Source: Candidatus Woesearchaeota archaeon
GTDB taxonomy: Archaea > Nanobdellota > Nanobdellia > Woesearchaeales > SKIA01
DNA: 64,000 nucleotides
Assembly (NCBI GenBank): GCA_047602905.1
Contig: JBLKOP010000003.1
Span: forward strand, 15,508 to 79,507
Direction: 5' to 3'
A model generated the notes under the pieces. The model was given only the letters and a program-made list of their open reading frames with translations. It ran no database searches and had not been told where the DNA came from. A program made the position numbers and the translations under genes. Of the stretch, positions 59,931 to 64,000 are shown in pieces (within the stretch, counting starts at the first letter, position 1; each line of letters opens with the position of its first letter).

Positions 59931-61088
59931 TCATTCTTTAAGAAGGTATTCTCTAAGTACAGGCTCAGCTAAACGATGCATCTGCAACTGCTCATCAGTA
60001 CGCAACACCAACACCTCAAACTCCTGCTCAGGAAGAGAAATCACTTGCTCATGAGCCAAGTTAGCTTCATGATCAATACCAACACCCAAGTACTCACACA
60101 CACGCTCACGAACATACCAAGCACCCTCGCCAATACCAGCAGTAAACACCAAATACTGAGGAGTAACTGCGGTGCGCAAAGCATTAACGAAATACGCTAT
60201 ACGATACGAGAGCATCTCCAAAGCAAGCTGGTCACGAGAAGAACCCCTCTTAGCAGCAGACCACACATCACGCAAATCACTATGACCAGTAAGACCAAGC
60301 AAACCAGACTCCTTACTAAACAACCGCTCAAGATCATCAACAGAATAATGAGCGTGCTTAAGCAAAAACAACGGAATCTCAGGATCAAGCTCCCCACTAC
60401 GAGTACCCATCAACACCCCATCAAGAGGACTAAAACCCATCGTGGTATCAACAGAAACACCGCCCTTAACAGCAGTTAAGCTACTGCCACTACCCAGATG
60501 AGCAATAATAGCATCAACAGGCTCTTTACGCAAAGAAGCCAATTCAGAAGCAATAAAGGAATGACTAATCCCATGAAAACCATACTTACGAATACCGTGA
60601 TCCTCATACAACGAGTACGGAACACCATACAAAAACACCGACTTAGCAATCGTGTGATGAAACGACGTATCAAACACCGCTACGTGACGAGCACGAGAAA
60701 ACATTTCTTGACACGCACGAACACCCTCGATATTCACCGGGTTGTGCAGAGGAGCAAGAACAGAAAACGAAGCAACACCCTCCAAGACGCTCTCATCAAT
60801 AAGAACAGGCTCACTAAAGCGCTCACCACCATGAACGACTCGATGAACAACACTAGACACCTCATCACAAGAACACACGCGACGAGAAACCAAGACCTCA
60901 GCAAGAACACTAACAGCCTCAGAAACACTACTAGCAACTACTTCTTGAGAAGAAGAACCAATACGCAAAGAACAAGCAGAAGTACCAAGACGATCAAAAG
61001 AACCAGACAAGAAAGCACTCTCAGAAGTGCTAGAACGAAACAACGAGAACTTCAACGAAGAAGAACCAGCATTCAAAACCAATTGCAT
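59931..61088 (-). CDS. ackA: Acetate kinase
   Basis: LNAGSSSLKF, HRVVHGG, APLHNP, VFDTSFH, YGFHGISH, HLGSG, MGTRSG, FTAGIGE, TDE; ATG 61088. Confidence 0.95.
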   Translation of the reverse strand: MQLVLNAGSSSLKFSLFRSSTSESAFLSGSFDRLGTSACSLRIGSSSQEVVASSVSEAVSVLAEVLVSRRVCSCDEVSSVVHRVVHGGERFSEPVLIDESVLEGVASFSVLAPLHNPVNIEGVRACQEMFSRARHVAVFDTSFHHTIAKSVFLYGVPYSLYEDHGIRKYGFHGISHSFIASELASLRKEPVDAIIAHLGSGSSLTAVKGGVSVDTTMGFSPLDGVLMGTRSGELDPEIPLFLLKHAHYSVDDLERLFSKESGLLGLTGHSDLRDVWSAAKRGSSRDQLALEMLSYRIAYFVNALRTAVTPQYLVFTAGIGEGAWYVRERVCEYLGVGIDHEANLAHEQVISLPEQEFEVLVLRTDEQLQMHRLAEPVLREYLLKE

Positions 61089-61186
61089 ACACGAAACAAA
61101 ACACTCAGCACATATATACTCTTTGAAACCACGCAACAAGAACAACACCGACACACTTAAAACAAGAAACAAACAATACAAGCAGT

Positions 61187-61525
61187 ATGAAAAAACACAA
61201 AACAGGAAGCGCGATAGGAAGCTGGGCGTTTCTGGTAGGAGTAATACTCGCAATAATTCTCGGATTCTTGCCCATGCAAGAATGGATGGCAGTAACGCTA
61301 GTACTCATAGGAATCATCGTAGGACTACTCAACATAACAGCACACGAAGCAATGGCATTCTTACACGTATCAGCAATACTTGTCATAGTAGTAGCGCTCA
61401 CAAGCGGAGTACTGCAAGGAATACTGCCCTGGGCACAAAACATCCTTAACGCACTCATGCTCGTATTCGCACCAGCAACCATTATCGTAGCGCTACGAGC
61501 AGTATTCGCAATAGCACACGACTAA
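61187..61525 (+). CDS. Small four-TM membrane protein
   Basis: GSWAFLVG...GLLNITAHE...FAPATIIVAL. Confidence 0.8.
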   Translation: MKKHKTGSAIGSWAFLVGVILAIILGFLPMQEWMAVTLVLIGIIVGLLNITAHEAMAFLHVSAILVIVVALTSGVLQGILPWAQNILNALMLVFAPATIIVALRAVFAIAHD

Positions 61526-62169
61526 ACAGGAGTCAATACGCGAAGAGAAGACAAACGAGAAACTAATTCTTCACAAAGACTAGGAGAAGAAAAGAACTTT
61601 GGATGAATACCAACAACACTCCAAGAATCACAAAGAGAAGAAAGAACTTCTTCAGAAAACGGCAGCTCATACCCAATAGAAGCATCCTCAAGAATTTGCT
61701 CACCAAAAACAACGATTTCATCAGAGACTAAACGACCATTCACGAAACGATCAAGAACAAAAAACACCACTAACTGAGCAAACCCGAAACGAGCACGCGT
61801 CTTCTCAATAACTAAACGAATATCTTCACGAAAAGAACCAGCAACGTCATCAACCAACCACTGCTTCGTGGCAGGATCAGCAGCCAAAGGCAAAAACACT
61901 CCTCCAACGCGCTCAGAAACAACAACAGGCTCAGACAACGAACTAACGAGACGAGAAGAAACAGAAGAAGAAACACCAGCAGCACCTACGGTAACAAGTA
62001 AAGAAGAAACAACCTCTTGTAAAGAAGCATCACACACAGAAGCAAGAAACCCCTTCTCAGAAGAAGAAAGACTCGTTAAGAAAGCAGAAGGAATACTGCC
62101 AGAAGAATACGCGACAAGAACCAAAGGGCTCTTCTGATACGCAAGCACTTTCACAGAACTCTCAACCAT
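61522..62169 (-). CDS. Hypothetical protein
   Basis: 215-aa ORF with strand-typical GT-rich codons. Confidence 0.6.
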   Translation of the reverse strand: MVESSVKVLAYQKSPLVLVAYSSGSIPSAFLTSLSSSEKGFLASVCDASLQEVVSSLLVTVGAAGVSSSVSSRLVSSLSEPVVVSERVGGVFLPLAADPATKQWLVDDVAGSFREDIRLVIEKTRARFGFAQLVVFFVLDRFVNGRLVSDEIVVFGEQILEDASIGYELPFSEEVLSSLCDSWSVVGIHPKFFSSPSLCEELVSRLSSLRVLTPV

Positions 62170-62205
62170 ACAAGAACTATAAGAGAGCAGACTTCAAAAA
62201 CGTTT

Positions 62206-62838
62206 CTACAAAATAAGCAACAAATGCATGACATACGCATCAACAACAGAAATAAGAGAACTTGTGCTACGAGCAGAAACAATTACGCAACCATCACGAA
62301 CAAACACTGCATCACGCTCACCCTGCGTTAAGTACACCACGCGATCACGAGAAGTACTTAACGAACAATGAGTACCCTCACCATACACAGCACCACGAGT
62401 AGGGATGTTATAGAGGCGCTCACCAGTAACGCGAGCCAATAAACTCGCAGCAACACCCACCTCGCCAGGAACGCCCTCATCAAAAGCAATCGTTAACGAA
62501 TTCTGTGAAGAATACGTTAAGTTAAGAACAGCAAGGACAGCCTCACGAGAAACAGGAATCCAATCTACCTCTCGAGGGTCAGAATAAAACGTGATAGGAT
62601 GAACGCCCACGTTAGAAACCACAGTAGTCTGCCAGCAACGACCCTCAACACTAGGACAAGCAGCCTGCTCAAAAGTAAAGCCGTTAAGCTCAAAAGAAGA
62701 ACTCGCAGGAGAAGCAGTTAACAAAAAAAACGCGAACAAACCAACACCAAGAACGCCAAGAGCAAAAAACACCCACAGAGTAGAAATAGGCTTAACAACC
62801 TCATCCTCTACTGCCTCAACAACCTTTTTTTTTGTCAT
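62206..62838 (-). CDS. Hypothetical membrane-anchored protein
   Basis: N-terminal TM; C-terminal Cys pattern resembles 62835..63422. Confidence 0.7.
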   Translation of the reverse strand: MTKKKVVEAVEDEVVKPISTLWVFFALGVLGVGLFAFFLLTASPASSSFELNGFTFEQAACPSVEGRCWQTTVVSNVGVHPITFYSDPREVDWIPVSREAVLAVLNLTYSSQNSLTIAFDEGVPGEVGVAASLLARVTGERLYNIPTRGAVYGEGTHCSLSTSRDRVVYLTQGERDAVFVRDGCVIVSARSTSSLISVVDAYVMHLLLIL

Positions 62839-63422
62839 ACCAAACCAAAATACGCGTATAGTAACGCGTCACGAACATACAAGACATCCTGACCAGAAGC
62901 ACCAACGACTAAACAATCCCCGCTCTGAGTAACGCCCAAACTCTCATTAGTAAAGAAAACGATAGGAACAGAAGCAGTAGCGTCAGAACAACTCACGACA
63001 GGAAACTGATTGTACAAAGAAGTATTACTACTACGAGCACCCGCTACCTCAAAGAACGAAGAAAGATCAAAACGAACAAAATCAGCAATTTCAACATCCT
63101 GCTCAGAAACAGGAGCAAAAGCCAAAACAACTCTGTCAGCCTCACGAATAAGAGAAGAAGCCTGCGAGGACAATACGTACCGCTCATCAGGAAAATTAAA
63201 GAACTGAACCATACCCGCACTCGTGCTCACAAACAACTGATTATCACGAACCTCGTAACGAAAATCGTAGCCAGAAGCATCCATGCCAGGACCAAAAAAT
63301 ACGATAGCAAACGCAAAAACCGAAAAAATCATGACAAGAATGACAAACACACCCATCAATAAACGATTCCTCTTTTGACGAGCTTCTTCTTTACGTTGAC
63401 GAGGAGATAATCGTTTAGCCAT
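62835..63422 (-). CDS. Hypothetical membrane-anchored protein
   Basis: Basic N-terminus plus TM; VSCSDAT...PIV...DCLVV. Confidence 0.7.
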   Translation of the reverse strand: MAKRLSPRQRKEEARQKRNRLLMGVFVILVMIFSVFAFAIVFFGPGMDASGYDFRYEVRDNQLFVSTSAGMVQFFNFPDERYVLSSQASSLIREADRVVLAFAPVSEQDVEIADFVRFDLSSFFEVAGARSSNTSLYNQFPVVSCSDATASVPIVFFTNESLGVTQSGDCLVVGASGQDVLYVRDALLYAYFGLV

Positions 63423-63502
63423 ACAACAAAGAAAATAGGCTCGTGCCTAAAAAGCTTTTTGTTAAACAAACAAATAAAAAGAGGTCCTTCTTAACAAATT
63501 CT

Positions 63503-64000
63503 ATGCGTGACGAACTCATCAAGTACTCCATGATAGCACTACTCTTAGTGCTTATTTACTTAGCATACAAAACAGTAGCTCCCATACTCACATACATCTT
63601 CTTTAGCGTCATCTTTGTTATCGTATTCAAACCACTGTATAACTGGCTAACAAAACAAACAGGCATGCCAAGACTCTCAAGCTTCATACTCGTAATGGGA
63701 CTTATACTACTCATAGTAATACCTAGCTTCTTTGTAGCAAGCGCAATTGTGCGAGAAGCACCAGCGTTTTATCAAACAGCAGTAGAAACAATTAATTTCG
63801 AGCAGATAGATGAGTTTGCAGCAAGAATAACAGGAGAAGAATTTAGTGTACAAGAAGAGCTACGAAAAAACGCTCCTGCAATACAAGACTTTCTTATAGA
63901 TAACGTAGGAAGCATGCTTGGACAACTCATGATAATAACACTAGGGCTTTTCGTAATGTTTTTTACCATGTTTTATCTCTTCACAGAAGGAGACAAAGTA
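63503..64000 (+). CDS. AI-2E family transporter (runs off the window)
   Basis: MRDELIKYSMIALLLVLIY...FKPLYNWL...IVIPS...FFTMFYLFTEG. Confidence 0.85.
   Translation, partial: MRDELIKYSMIALLLVLIYLAYKTVAPILTYIFFSVIFVIVFKPLYNWLTKQTGMPRLSSFILVMGLILLIVIPSFFVASAIVREAPAFYQTAVETINFEQIDEFAARITGEEFSVQEELRKNAPAIQDFLIDNVGSMLGQLMIITLGLFVMFFTMFYLFTEGDKV

Overview
A 64-kb, gene-dense chromosomal segment from a small-genome archaeon. The gene set and style suggest DPANN, most likely Woesearchaeota; this is inferred, not database-checked. Housekeeping content: RNase P RNA, Sec61beta, NAC, a dnaG-RIO1-KH(Dim2)-top6B-top6A cluster, trpS, hisS, two tRNAs (Cys-GCA, Arg-TCT), trmI, ABCE1, a family B polymerase, a type IV pilus locus, proteasome beta, aCPSF1, map, Bud32, eS1, gyrB, EF-1beta, pyrG, trxA and ackA. 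Many genes have a TATA box about 23-25 nt before the start codon, consistent with leaderless mRNAs. No CRISPR array, rRNA, transposase or integrase was seen. The most notable unexplained items are four. (1) A CYTH gene is split in frame by a 933-936 bp one-ORF insert with a G|TT left junction, an attC-like right end and imperfect inverted repeats, i.e. a candidate solo integron-type cassette. (2) A ~280-nt structured, possibly pseudoknotted non-coding RNA with AUCACC repeats lies between a TATA box and dnaG. (3) A 19-aa Leu/Val/Thr-rich leader peptide with hairpins precedes a lone acetolactate synthase, next to an Lrp regulator and a LivJ/K-type binding protein, suggesting archaeal attenuation. 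(4) Strand composition bias (A/C versus G/T) is strong and independent of gene direction, and it flips abruptly near 46.55 kb.
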